From Candidatus Bathyarchaeota archaeon (GTDB taxonomy: Archaea; Thermoproteota; Bathyarchaeia; 40CM-2-53-6), in assembly GCA_963733055.1 (NCBI GenBank), contig CAVTBR010000002.1, positions 96,001 to 160,000 on the forward strand: DNA of 64,000 bases. Reading direction: 5' to 3'. A program made the position numbers and the translations under genes. The stretch's first letter is position 1. Each line of letters opens with the position of its first letter. This document shows, in pieces, positions 40,397 through 49,710 of this stretch. Under the pieces are notes generated by a model that made no database searches, was not told the DNA's origin, and saw only the letters and a list, made by a program, of their open reading frames with translations.

Positions 40397-41725
40397 TTGG
40401 CATCGACCCTAATCGAATCTGCCCAAATCCCAATAGGTGATGAACTTACCCGGGGAAACATTCTGATCGAAGGCGACAAGATCAGAAAAATCACAAAACT
40501 GAAACCAACATCTCCAACAGACCTGACCATAAATGCCGAAGGCCTGCTGGCCCTACCTGGCATGATAGACGTCCACGTCCACCTCCGTGACCTAGAGCTT
40601 TCCTATAAGGAAACATTCGAAACAGGCACCCAGGCCGCGGCGGTCGGAGGATTCACCACAGTTCTGGATATGCCTAACACCAAGCCCCCGACCAGTTCCA
40701 CTTCGAACCTGAAGGAGAAAATGTCGCGCGCTGACGGGCGCATTTACTCGAACGTGGCTTTCCAAGGCTCCCTTCTCACTAACCCAGCCGAACTGAAAAC
40801 CATGGTTCAGGCGGGAGCGATCGCATTCAAACTCTACCTGAACAAGTCCCTCGAAATATTCGATTCAAGTGACCAGATCAACCTGACCAACGCCCTTCAA
40901 GCCGCGAAAGACAACAACGCTCTCGTAACTGTTCACGCGGAAGACGGAGATTTGATTCGGAAGGTCCAGCAGCAGAGCCTAGCACAAGGCAAGGACGCTG
41001 TTCGAGACTTTCTGAAAGCGCATCCGGACAGGATTGAGGTTTCCGCGGTTAGGCGAATATTGGGCTTGAGTCAACAAATTGGAGCGAGAGTCCACATCTG
41101 TCACATCACCATCCCGGAATCTGTGAAACTCGTTAAGAAGACGCCTAACGCGACATGCGAGGCTAGCGCCCACCATCTATTGCTCAACCAATCCGTATTT
41201 CGCGAGTTCGGGACACTAGCGATTTGTGTACCCCCGATTAGAACCGAGAAAGACAGGAGTGGACTTTGGAAACTGTTCAGTCGGGGGGAAGTGGACATTC
41301 TCGCAAGCGACCACGCCCCGCATAGGCTCGAAGAGAAGATTACGTCTAACGCATGGCAAGCCGCCTCTGGAGTTCCAGGATTAGAAACCTCCCTACCGCT
41401 CATGTTCACGCAACTCGCGAATCGGAAACTTACCTTGAGAAGACTCATTGAAGCGACCGCTAGCCTCCCAGCAAGAATTTTCAACCTCCCCAGAAAAGGT
41501 GTTCTCAAGGAAGGTTACGACGCGGACATTGTGCTCGTAGATCCTAAGGAGAAGTTTCGAGTTGACCCGGAAGGTTTCCTGAGCAAAGCAAGATACTCGC
41601 CCTTCAAGGGCGTTGAGTGCGTAGGAAGAGCCGTGTATACGATCGTGAATGGGACGGTCGTCGCGGAGAAAGGGAAGATTGTAGGCCCGCCCGCGGGGCG
41701 GATAACCAAGCGTGAACCTGCTTGA
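40397..41725 (+). CDS. pyrC: Dihydroorotase
   Basis: PGMIDVHVHLR, GGFTTVLDMPNT, HAED, SDHAPH and G.DAD motifs. Confidence 0.88.
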   Translation: MASTLIESAQIPIGDELTRGNILIEGDKIRKITKLKPTSPTDLTINAEGLLALPGMIDVHVHLRDLELSYKETFETGTQAAAVGGFTTVLDMPNTKPPTSSTSNLKEKMSRADGRIYSNVAFQGSLLTNPAELKTMVQAGAIAFKLYLNKSLEIFDSSDQINLTNALQAAKDNNALVTVHAEDGDLIRKVQQQSLAQGKDAVRDFLKAHPDRIEVSAVRRILGLSQQIGARVHICHITIPESVKLVKKTPNATCEASAHHLLLNQSVFREFGTLAICVPPIRTEKDRSGLWKLFSRGEVDILASDHAPHRLEEKITSNAWQAASGVPGLETSLPLMFTQLANRKLTLRRLIEATASLPARIFNLPRKGVLKEGYDADIVLVDPKEKFRVDPEGFLSKARYSPFKGVECVGRAVYTIVNGTVVAEKGKIVGPPAGRITKREPA

Positions 41726-42240
41726 AGTTTCTGCTAGATGGCATGCTAGGAAAGCTGTCGAGATGGCTTCGCATGCTCGGATACGAAACAGAGTATCAAA
41801 ATGACCAGTCGGATAGGGACCTTCTCGCCGAAGCGAAACAGAATTCTTTCATCCTGCTAACCTCTGACGAAGAACTTTATCGTATAGCGTCTATCCGCGG
41901 CCTTGAAGCGTTCCTTGTACAAGGACGCACCGAACCGGAAAGGTTGGCGAATCTCGCAAAACGTTACAAACTCAGACTTGAAATCAATCCTAAAGATTCG
42001 AGGTGCCCAACCTGCGGCTCACAGATCAAGGAAACACCTAAGCAAGAAGTAGAAAACGCGGTGCCCCCAGCAACTTTTAAAGTGTACTCGACTTTTTGGG
42101 TCTGCACGAACCCAAAGTGCGCCAAAGTCTACTGGCAAGGAAGCCACTGGAAGAAGATCGAGCAAACGCTCGTGACGGCGAAAAACATTCTTGACGCCAA
42201 CCCAAGCCCCTCAACTGGCCCAAAGCAAGCTAAACCTTGA
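41722..42240 (+). CDS. Mut7-C RNase (PIN) domain protein
   Basis: FLLDGMLGKLSRWLRMLGY, RCPTCG and C..C.KVYWQGSH motifs. Confidence 0.92.
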   Translation: MKFLLDGMLGKLSRWLRMLGYETEYQNDQSDRDLLAEAKQNSFILLTSDEELYRIASIRGLEAFLVQGRTEPERLANLAKRYKLRLEINPKDSRCPTCGSQIKETPKQEVENAVPPATFKVYSTFWVCTNPKCAKVYWQGSHWKKIEQTLVTAKNILDANPSPSTGPKQAKP

Positions 42241-42838
42241 GGAAGGCACGCTCCTTGTCCGAACGGCACGGACCGCGATCACAAAATACCTAGAATCGAA
42301 GCAGACCATCAAGGTACCGAACGAAGTCCCGGGGAAGTTACGAAGGAAATCGGGCGTATTCGTGACCCTTAACAAGATTAAACCCGTTCGCGAGTTGCGC
42401 GGATGTATCGGTTTCCCTTACCCAGAAGACACGCTCATCAACTCCACGATTAGGGCCGCCATATTCGCCGCGACAGAGGATCCGAGGTTCCCGCCAGTGT
42501 CACCTCCAGAATTCAAGACATCAATTACAATCGAACTTACCGCACTCACTCAACCGCAGGTCTTGAAAGCGCCGGACAGGAAAACACTCCCCAACATGAT
42601 TCAAGTTGGACGACACGGTTTGATAGTTGAAGGTCTGGGGACTTCGGGCTTGCTTTTACCTCAGGTCGCTACTGAGTGGAAGTGGGATGCTTCTGAGTTT
42701 CTCATGAATTGTTGTCTAAAGGCGGGCCTAACACCGGACTCATGGCTCCTCCCAGGAGTTGAGGTAAAAGTTTTCGAAGGAGAAATTTTCGAAGAACTCG
42801 AACCCGCCGGGCAAGGTCAGGAGAAAGGCATCCGGTGA
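42191..42838 (+). CDS. AMMECR1/AmmeMemoRadiSam protein A family
   Basis: GVFVTL...LRGCIG, EDPRFPPV, GLLLPQVA and CLKAGL motifs. Confidence 0.92.
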   Translation: MTPTQAPQLAQSKLNLEEGTLLVRTARTAITKYLESKQTIKVPNEVPGKLRRKSGVFVTLNKIKPVRELRGCIGFPYPEDTLINSTIRAAIFAATEDPRFPPVSPPEFKTSITIELTALTQPQVLKAPDRKTLPNMIQVGRHGLIVEGLGTSGLLLPQVATEWKWDASEFLMNCCLKAGLTPDSWLLPGVEVKVFEGEIFEELEPAGQGQEKGIR

Positions 42839-42847
42839 AGACTGAGA

Positions 42848-44059
42848 ATGCGCGTCTACATGGCACCATGCGGAATCGGCCTAGGCCACATAACGCGATT
42901 GCACCCGATCGCGGAAGAACTCAATAAACGCGGAATCTCAACTGCCTTCTCCACATATCTAGATGGCTTAGATTATGCGAAGCACAATAGGCTGAATACC
43001 TTCGAAGCGGTTCCGCTAAACTTCCGGGTTACACCCGACGGAACAATAGATTTCAAGATGACGGCAGCAACCGCAGGCTTCTCTTTAGGAATCAGAACCT
43101 TTCTAAGGCAAGTCACACGGGAAATACAGTTTCTGAAGCAATTTAGGCCTGACGTGGTGGTTTCCGACTCCCGAGCCTCATCCCTCGTCGCAGCCCGCCT
43201 ACTCCGAATCCCAGTAGCCCTGGTCCTCAACCAATTCCGCGTAGAAATAATGAGACGCCCTACCGGACGAAAGTTGAGCTTGCATGATAGGTTGTTTTTC
43301 TTTATTGCAAATATTGGTTGGCTTTTCATTCGTACTGCGATTCAACTAGTCTGGGGCACTAGCCAAGTCATACTGATCCCAGACCTCCCCGCGCCGTACA
43401 CAATCTCACTCGGAAACTTGGCGATTCCTAATCGGTACAATGGAAAAGTGAAATTGATTGGGCCGACGATTGTGAGTCGTGATGGTTCTGCTAACGCGAA
43501 GAAACTAGCTAGACGCGTTCTCGGTTTCGACAATAGTGAGCCTGTAATCTACGGGGCGGTCAGCGGGCCGAAAATTGAGCGTGGAGTGTTAGCGCGAATA
43601 CTCCTGGAATCCTTTGAGCAGCTACCCCGCGGCCTCCAAATAGTACTCTCGCGTGGAGCCGCCAACGGCTCAAAGAAGAGTTACCGGGAAGGAGGTGTGA
43701 AGGTTTTCGATTGGTTGGAGAACCAAGATGATTTCATCAGTGCAAGCGATATCGTGGTGAGTAGGGCGGGCCACGGAACCATCATGAAGTCTCTCCTCTA
43801 CGGCAAACCCATGATTCTCATACCTATCCCAGACCATACGGAACAAATCGGCAACGCGAGCCGGGCCCTCCAACTCCACGTCGCTAGAGTGATCGACCAA
43901 AACGCATTGAACGGAGAAAACTTGGAATTGAACATCGAGGAGATCCTAAACTCTGAAGAGTATCGTACGAAGGCTGCAGAAATCAGCCGAATAGCCAAAT
44001 CCATGGATGCGATCCCCACAGCCTGCGACATTATCGAAAAACTAGGCAGTCGAAACTAA
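42848..44059 (+). CDS. GT28/MurG-like glycosyltransferase
   Basis: GIGLGHITR, PDVVVSD, SRAGHGTI and HTEQ.GNA motifs. Confidence 0.85.
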   Translation: MRVYMAPCGIGLGHITRLHPIAEELNKRGISTAFSTYLDGLDYAKHNRLNTFEAVPLNFRVTPDGTIDFKMTAATAGFSLGIRTFLRQVTREIQFLKQFRPDVVVSDSRASSLVAARLLRIPVALVLNQFRVEIMRRPTGRKLSLHDRLFFFIANIGWLFIRTAIQLVWGTSQVILIPDLPAPYTISLGNLAIPNRYNGKVKLIGPTIVSRDGSANAKKLARRVLGFDNSEPVIYGAVSGPKIERGVLARILLESFEQLPRGLQIVLSRGAANGSKKSYREGGVKVFDWLENQDDFISASDIVVSRAGHGTIMKSLLYGKPMILIPIPDHTEQIGNASRALQLHVARVIDQNALNGENLELNIEEILNSEEYRTKAAEISRIAKSMDAIPTACDIIEKLGSRN

Positions 44060-45168
44060 AACTTCAGTTCACGCACTAGATGGCCGAACTCCGTAGTGAA
44101 CCCAATATCCCTACCCTGGAGGTTCGACAGACTGTACTTCAATTCTTCATTGAGCATTAACTCATCGTTGCTCACCCTAGCTAGGCTAGATAACTCGGCT
44201 AGATCCTCCGCGTCTAAGCCCAACAAAGGGGAGAAGACGGGCAGCTCAGCTTTCGTCACAGTCGATGCTTCCAGGTTGCCAGATACGTCTCCAAGCACGA
44301 TCGCCTTGAACCTCTTTTCCTTTGCAAATCTCGCTGCAAGGGATCTAACCAATGGCTTCCACGCCCCTGTTAGGAGATGACTTCGATCGGAGTTTTTCTC
44401 AAGTAACTGGTCGATTTCTAGAGTGAACGCCTTGTGGTTTGGTCGTGTCACAAGCTGATCCAGCCGCCGTGCTAGCGCCAGCTGAGTTTGAGCCGCAAGT
44501 CCTTCTACTGTTCCTGAGGTTGGGATGAATAGCTCCACCACGCATCCCCGCCGCATCATCGCGTAAGCCGCAAGAACCGAAAGTGGACCAGAATCGAGGA
44601 CCGCGAGCATTTTCCATTGCGAAGATAATGGTAGTCCCCCAGGACCCGGCAGCCTTTCACAATACACGTAAGCGTCATCCCCCACCAGATCAACGTAGAA
44701 AGTTAGATCTGGATCATCTAGATCGACTGTAACACCCTGCTGTTTCATAGATTGCAGAACCTCCGCGCCGCCGTTTATCTCCACATCACGCCGTGAGATA
44801 TTGCCCGGGGTCGAGCGATGTGCGCGAACTGCGAACGATTGACCAGCTCCTAGGCGCTGTTCGGCCACGGCTCTGATCGTTCCGGTAACATCCGCGAGGG
44901 AGACATTCATGAGCAGTTGTGCTGGAGCCGCGTAAGCGACTCCGAATACACTACTACAGTGGATCGCAGGATTCCCCGGTCCCTTCGCGCCAATGACCAC
45001 CAGCCTCGCCGCATTCTTCTCGATCCTGAAACCATCGAAACCTGCACGCGTGAGCGCGAATTTCAAGTCGTCAATAAGGCGCTGCTCCAAAGTCCGCCTG
45101 ACCGGGTAACTCTTCAAGGTGAACTCTGCGGATGCAACCAGTACAACTGGTTGAGCGGCGCCGGGCAA
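44056..45168 (-). CDS. THUMP-domain ThiI-like protein with degenerate PP-loop
   Basis: EFTLKS..VR, FGV, SFAVRA.R, VDLDDPD and GPGGLP motifs; SGGxDS replaced by DSGPLS. Confidence 0.75.
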   Translation of the reverse strand: MPGAAQPVVLVASAEFTLKSYPVRRTLEQRLIDDLKFALTRAGFDGFRIEKNAARLVVIGAKGPGNPAIHCSSVFGVAYAAPAQLLMNVSLADVTGTIRAVAEQRLGAGQSFAVRAHRSTPGNISRRDVEINGGAEVLQSMKQQGVTVDLDDPDLTFYVDLVGDDAYVYCERLPGPGGLPLSSQWKMLAVLDSGPLSVLAAYAMMRRGCVVELFIPTSGTVEGLAAQTQLALARRLDQLVTRPNHKAFTLEIDQLLEKNSDRSHLLTGAWKPLVRSLAARFAKEKRFKAIVLGDVSGNLEASTVTKAELPVFSPLLGLDAEDLAELSSLARVSNDELMLNEELKYSLSNLQGRDIGFTTEFGHLVRELKF

Positions 45169-45235
45169 CTGGAACTCCCTATGGAGGGATTGGGGATGGG
45201 GCTACATTAGGATGGGTAAGGAAGAGAAAAGCAGG

Positions 45236-45276
45236 GTGTCATACAGGGTATGACACATTACGGGTGTCTTACACCC
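45236..45276. repeat. Two adjacent palindromes downstream of the thermosome gene (possible 3' structure)
   Basis: GTGTCATAC-AGG-GTATGACAC (45236-45256) and GGGTGT-CTT-ACACCC (45262-45276). Confidence 0.5.
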
Positions 45277-45294
45277 CAGGTGTTGGGTGCTGTT

Positions 45295-46959
45295 TTAGTA
45301 GTCTTCTCCGCCCGGCATTCCGCCCATGCCGCCTGGTCCACCTGGGGGCATTCCGCCTGGTGGTCCGCCGCCTTTGCCTCCCTTGGAGGCTACTACGTCG
45401 TCGATTCGGAGAATCATTGATGCGGCTTCAGTGGCAGACTTCACTACCTGTAGCTTCACTCGAAGAGGCTCTAGGACATTTATGGTTCGCATGTCCCTGA
45501 CCTTTCCTGAAAACACGTTTACACCGAACCATCGGTTTGCAGGGTCTTCGTGCTTGGCGCGTAGTTCGACCATGATGTCGATTGGGTCTAGGCCGGCGTT
45601 TTCCGCGAGTGCGAGTGGAATGCTCTCCATGGCGTCGGCGAAAGCCTCGATGGCCAATTGCTCACGTCCGCCCACCTTGACGGCATATTCTCTAAGTTGC
45701 TTCGACGTCTCTGCTTCAGGCGCACCGCCGCCGGCAACCATCTTGCCATCCTCGATAGCGTCACGGACAACGCACAGCGCGTCATGTAGCGATCTGTCGG
45801 CTTCGTCTACGACGTGTTCTGTTCCGCCCCGTATCACGACGGTGACGGCCATCGGGTTTTTGGCGTCGCGTACGTAGGTTAGTTTGTCGTCGCCGATTTT
45901 TGTTTCTTCGATGAGCTTTGCCTCTCCGAGAGATGCTGAGTCTAGGTCTTTGACGCTGGCGACGATCTTGGCTCCGGTTGCTTTGGCGAGCTTCTCCATA
46001 TCCCCGCTGCTCATGTTCTTGACCGCGGAGATCCCTTTCTTGGATAGGAAGTGTAGGGCTATGTCGTCGATTGATTTTTCGCAGAAGACGAAGTTAGTGC
46101 CGCTCTTGACGACATCGTCAACCATTTCTTTGAGCATTCTTTCCTCTTCGTCGAGGAACATTTTCATTTGGTCTGGGCTGTTGATGTTGATTTTTGCGTC
46201 GAACTCGGTCTTCTCTATTTCGAGTTTGGCGTTTAGGAGTGCGATCTTGGCGTTGTCGATGCGTTTTGGCATCTGCGGGTGAGCAATCTCCTTGTCCACC
46301 ACGATGCCACGTACGAGTTCCGTTTCTTCAAGGCTCCTGCCGTGTTTCTTGAGCACCTTGACGAGGTCTACGTCGACCTTTGTCTTGCCGTCCCTTGTCT
46401 CCTTGACAAGGAGAGCTGCATCGACTGCAATCTTGGCTAGGTGGTCCTTTGCGCCGGTAACGCCCTTCGTGCTCATGGCGGTCATGGCGATTTTTCCGAG
46501 GGTGTCGGCGTCGTTGGGGTCTATTTTTTCGCTCAGGCTGTCGAGAATTTCCCGGGCCTTATCAGCCGCCTTCCGGTACCCTTCAACGATAACGGTTGGG
46601 TGAACATCCTTGTCGAGAAGCGCCTCCGCCTTGTCCAATAATTCGCCAGTTAGAATTACTGCGGTAGTAGTTCCGTCGCCCACTTCGTTGTCTTGCGTCT
46701 TGGCGACTTCGACAAGCATCTTAGCCGCAGGATGCTGAACATCCAGTTCCTTCATGATCGTGGCGCCGTCGTTCGTGATCACCACGTCCCCTATCGTACT
46801 GACAAGCATCTTGTCCATACCCCGTGGGCCGAGTGTAGTTTTAACGGTCTCGGCAACAACCTTCGCCGCAAGTATGTTATTGCGTTGCGCATCCTTGCCG
46901 GTAGATCGTTGAGTTCCTTCCTTCAAAATTACTACGGGAATTGACTGTTGGTTAGACAT
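45295..46959 (-). CDS. Thermosome (group II chaperonin) subunit
   Basis: [25 protein letters not shown] and GGGAPE motifs; GGM-rich tail. Confidence 0.97.
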   Translation of the reverse strand: MSNQQSIPVVILKEGTQRSTGKDAQRNNILAAKVVAETVKTTLGPRGMDKMLVSTIGDVVITNDGATIMKELDVQHPAAKMLVEVAKTQDNEVGDGTTTAVILTGELLDKAEALLDKDVHPTVIVEGYRKAADKAREILDSLSEKIDPNDADTLGKIAMTAMSTKGVTGAKDHLAKIAVDAALLVKETRDGKTKVDVDLVKVLKKHGRSLEETELVRGIVVDKEIAHPQMPKRIDNAKIALLNAKLEIEKTEFDAKININSPDQMKMFLDEEERMLKEMVDDVVKSGTNFVFCEKSIDDIALHFLSKKGISAVKNMSSGDMEKLAKATGAKIVASVKDLDSASLGEAKLIEETKIGDDKLTYVRDAKNPMAVTVVIRGGTEHVVDEADRSLHDALCVVRDAIEDGKMVAGGGAPEAETSKQLREYAVKVGGREQLAIEAFADAMESIPLALAENAGLDPIDIMVELRAKHEDPANRWFGVNVFSGKVRDMRTINVLEPLRVKLQVVKSATEAASMILRIDDVVASKGGKGGGPPGGMPPGGPGGMGGMPGGEDY

Positions 46960-46996
46960 GTGAAACAATCACTTTTGTTACTGCAGGTAAAAAATC

Positions 46997-47010
46997 CTAT
47001 ATAAAAATTT
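46997..47010 (-). promoter_or_regulatory. Probable TATA box of the thermosome gene
   Basis: AAATTTTTATATAG on the minus strand about 40 bp upstream of the start. Confidence 0.5.
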
Positions 47011-47131
47011 CGGGCGCGGGTTGTGTTGCGTCCTTGGGACATGTTGGGACGCTCAAAGGGGTGTTGCGAGGCGGGACACGACAGCCATCTCTTATACTCA
47101 AGTCACAGAGCAAAGGCGCGGTTGACGACAC

Positions 47132-47989
47132 TTGGATTTTGACCTCAGAAGTAGCCTCGTCGGCACCATTCCAACCTACATTGTTTGGAAGGTGCTAGAT
47201 TATTTGTGGCCTTGGTTTCTGTCGAATGTTCCAAGTCTATCGGGCGTGAACCCGAGTCTTCAAAGTTTCCTAAATCTAGTCATATCTTTCCTCGTCGTAT
47301 TCGGCCTATTCACACTTGTAACCATGAAGCGCGGCTCAACTGAGGGTCTGCGTGCTCACTTGTTCTTTCCAAAAGGAACACAAGAAAACAACAAAACCCC
47401 TGATTATCACGAATCCCATCTCAACCATCGGCTCATAGTCAACCACAAAACATCTCCGCCAATCGCCTACATACTATCACCCGGCTCTTACGGTTGGTCG
47501 CTCGTCAAGAAGCACAAAGGAATGTTAGTCAATGAAACCGATTCTGACCCAGATGACCCGAAGTTCTCGCAGGAATGGTGCAAGGAAAGGGACTATGTTC
47601 TAAGTCCAGAAGTTCCAGAGCGTAAATATCTGCTGTTCAGAGGGCGAATCACTAAGCGGCATAGTCTTGACCCTAAGTACAAGCATATGCGGTACGAGGG
47701 TTTCTTTCCATTCTATTGCTATGTGCTTCCGATGATGATTAAAGGTGTGCCACATAGACGCATATTGATGAATGTTGCCACCAAGAAGGCGTTTCCGATG
47801 GACGCCGAACAATGGTATTGGGCAATTAGCGGTAGGATTGACGGACATATGGGGATAGCCAGTCCAAGGCTTCACCATGCACAGAAGTGGGCGGAAGAGC
47901 AGAAGCCGCCTTTCAAATGGGTACAATTTCCAAAGAAAGACGAAGTGTTCTCCAAGAAGACCGAGAACGGGGCGAACATTGAGAAATGA
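47132..47989 (+). CDS. IS passenger: hypothetical protein with N-terminal TM segments
   Basis: 285-aa ORF inside the TIRs; no recognised motif. Confidence 0.6.
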   Translation: MDFDLRSSLVGTIPTYIVWKVLDYLWPWFLSNVPSLSGVNPSLQSFLNLVISFLVVFGLFTLVTMKRGSTEGLRAHLFFPKGTQENNKTPDYHESHLNHRLIVNHKTSPPIAYILSPGSYGWSLVKKHKGMLVNETDSDPDDPKFSQEWCKERDYVLSPEVPERKYLLFRGRITKRHSLDPKYKHMRYEGFFPFYCYVLPMMIKGVPHRRILMNVATKKAFPMDAEQWYWAISGRIDGHMGIASPRLHHAQKWAEEQKPPFKWVQFPKKDEVFSKKTENGANIEK

Positions 47990-48002
47990 GAGAGTTACGC
48001 TA

Positions 48003-48134
48003 TTATCTAGACTTGAAGTATTCTCCGAGGACGGCTCTCACTGCTTCCGGTATTGATTCAAGCTTCCTTGCCTTCCGTTCCTGTTCTAGTGCTTTTACCA
48101 TGTCGTCGGACATGGCGACCATTATTTTGTTCAT
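48003..48134 (-). CDS. Ribbon-helix-helix (CopG-like) regulator, 43 aa
   Basis: Manual translation MNKIMVAMSDDMVKALEQERKARKLESIPEAVRAVLGEYFKSR fits the beta-helix-helix RHH pattern; divergent from the transposase. Confidence 0.72.
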   Translation of the reverse strand: MNKIMVAMSDDMVKALEQERKARKLESIPEAVRAVLGEYFKSR

Positions 48135-48219
48135 TGCCAAGTTGGACACGCTACCATTGTATAGCGATAGCAACCTTTATAGCTTTTGGCTGTGTATTGC
48201 TATGTGTAGCGATTGGAAC

Positions 48220-49368
48220 ATGGCAACTGTCACAATAACCCGTGAAGAACGGGGAAGAATGATTGCCCAACAACCAAATCAGATTCAGCGGTTAGATGAA
48301 CGTGCGTACAAAGTGGCTTCCCAGTCAAGGGATTGCAGTTATGATGTGGTCAGAAGTGAGAAGTTCGCAATGCGTTGGATATGCAACTGCCCCGACTGGA
48401 CCCATCGCCAAGTCAAATGCAAGCACATCTGGGCGGTTGAGTTCTCACTAGCTTTGAGGAACAAAGTCAAGCAGAGCGTCGTGATTGAGCCACTTAGTCC
48501 TAGCGTTTGCCTCTACTGCGCGGGAACTAAGCTAGTTCGACATGGCCTAAGACACAACAAGTACGGAAACCTACAACGCTTCTCATGCCGAAGTTGTGGT
48601 AAGCGGTTCTCGCAGAACTTGGGCTTCGAGGGCATGAAAGCGAATCCGCAATCAATCACTTCTGCTATGCAACTCTACTTCACGGGAGAATCACTGCGGA
48701 ATGTTCAGAAGTTTCTAAGGTTGCAAGGCGTTGAAGTTCACCATACGACTGTTTATCGTTGGATTGAGAAGTACACGGAAATTATGGAACGCTACTTAGA
48801 ACAAATGCAACCCCAAGTCGGCAACACATGGCGAGCAGACGAATTATTCCTCAAGGTCAAGGGCAACATGAAGTACCTTTACGCTCTCATGGACGATGAA
48901 ACACGGTTCTGGATTGCGAAAGAAGTTTCCGACACCAAGTATCATGCTGACGTTCACGACTTATTCAAGCAAGGTCGAGTGATAACGGGCAAAGCCCCGT
49001 CCCACATCATAACGGATGGTGCACCGAACTTTCACGCAGGGATTGAAGCTGAGTTCTACCGCGAGAAGAAACAGCTTGCGTTAGCGCATGAGCGTGATAT
49101 TCGGTTTGGTGGGGAGATTCACAACAATAAGATGGAACGCATGAACGGGGAGATTCGGGATAGGGAGAAGGTGGTTAGGGGCGTTAAGAAGTCTGATAGC
49201 CCACTGATTGCAGGGCTTCAAATCTACCACAACTACGTTAGGCCACATATGGGGCTAGATGGTAAAACTCCAGCCGACTTAGCGGGTATCGATGTGCGGG
49301 GAGAGAACAAGTGGGTTACGATAATTCAGAATGCTCGCAAGAGGGATGATTCATGTTCTCAAAAGTAG
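48220..49368 (+). CDS. IS6/IS240-type DDE transposase with N-terminal SWIM finger and Zn ribbon
   Basis: CNCPD...CKH (SWIM), CLYC...CRSC, HTH SLRNVQ...VHHTTVYRWI, WRADE / IITDG / NNKMERMN catalytic motifs. Confidence 0.9.
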   Translation: MATVTITREERGRMIAQQPNQIQRLDERAYKVASQSRDCSYDVVRSEKFAMRWICNCPDWTHRQVKCKHIWAVEFSLALRNKVKQSVVIEPLSPSVCLYCAGTKLVRHGLRHNKYGNLQRFSCRSCGKRFSQNLGFEGMKANPQSITSAMQLYFTGESLRNVQKFLRLQGVEVHHTTVYRWIEKYTEIMERYLEQMQPQVGNTWRADELFLKVKGNMKYLYALMDDETRFWIAKEVSDTKYHADVHDLFKQGRVITGKAPSHIITDGAPNFHAGIEAEFYREKKQLALAHERDIRFGGEIHNNKMERMNGEIRDREKVVRGVKKSDSPLIAGLQIYHNYVRPHMGLDGKTPADLAGIDVRGENKWVTIIQNARKRDDSCSQK

Positions 49369-49634
49369 CGCGACAGGATGCGTTTAACCCCGAGCCTTGG
49401 GTGGACACAAAGCAAGAACCTAATCCATCAATGCTGATTTTGGCTTGGGGCGTATTCCTCTTGATTGTTGGGTTCATTTTGCTTCTTGTTTCGGCTGTGT
49501 ACGGTAGCACAATCGGGATTCTTGGGCTTGCATCGATGGTATTGGGCTTGTTAGTGGCTATTTACGGAGTAAGGACGTTTCGTCACCCTGTCCCGAAAAG
49601 CAACACGAAAACCGAGGAAAATGGTGTCCCATGA
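49353..49634 (+). CDS. IS passenger: small 2-TM membrane protein
   Basis: 93-aa ORF with two hydrophobic helices, ending inside the right TIR. Confidence 0.55.
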   Translation: MFSKVARQDAFNPEPWVDTKQEPNPSMLILAWGVFLLIVGFILLLVSAVYGSTIGILGLASMVLGLLVAIYGVRTFRHPVPKSNTKTEENGVP

Positions 49635-49710
49635 ACGCAACAGTACCCGGGCGCGGGTTCTGTTACCTTGTAGGGGCTTGTTTTGTGGTGTTACCTGTCG
49701 GGACTTTAGG

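Larger units (their letters stand above)
47019..49647 (+). mobile_element. IS6-family element with passenger genes (2629 bp)
   Basis: TIRs GGTTGTGTTGCGTCCTTGGGAC (47019-47040) and revcomp GGTACTGTTGCGTTCATGGGAC (49626-49647), 18/22 identical; 8-bp direct repeat CGGGCGCG at 47011-47018 and 49648-49655. Confidence 0.88.

Noticed and set aside
45326-46944. Long antisense ORFs over the thermosome and other housekeeping genes
   Set aside because: Shadow ORFs arising from codon bias on the opposite strand.
47986-48219. 78-aa N-terminal extension of the transposase in the ORF track
   Set aside because: It overlaps the antisense RHH gene and the promoter region; ATG 48220 is the likelier start.
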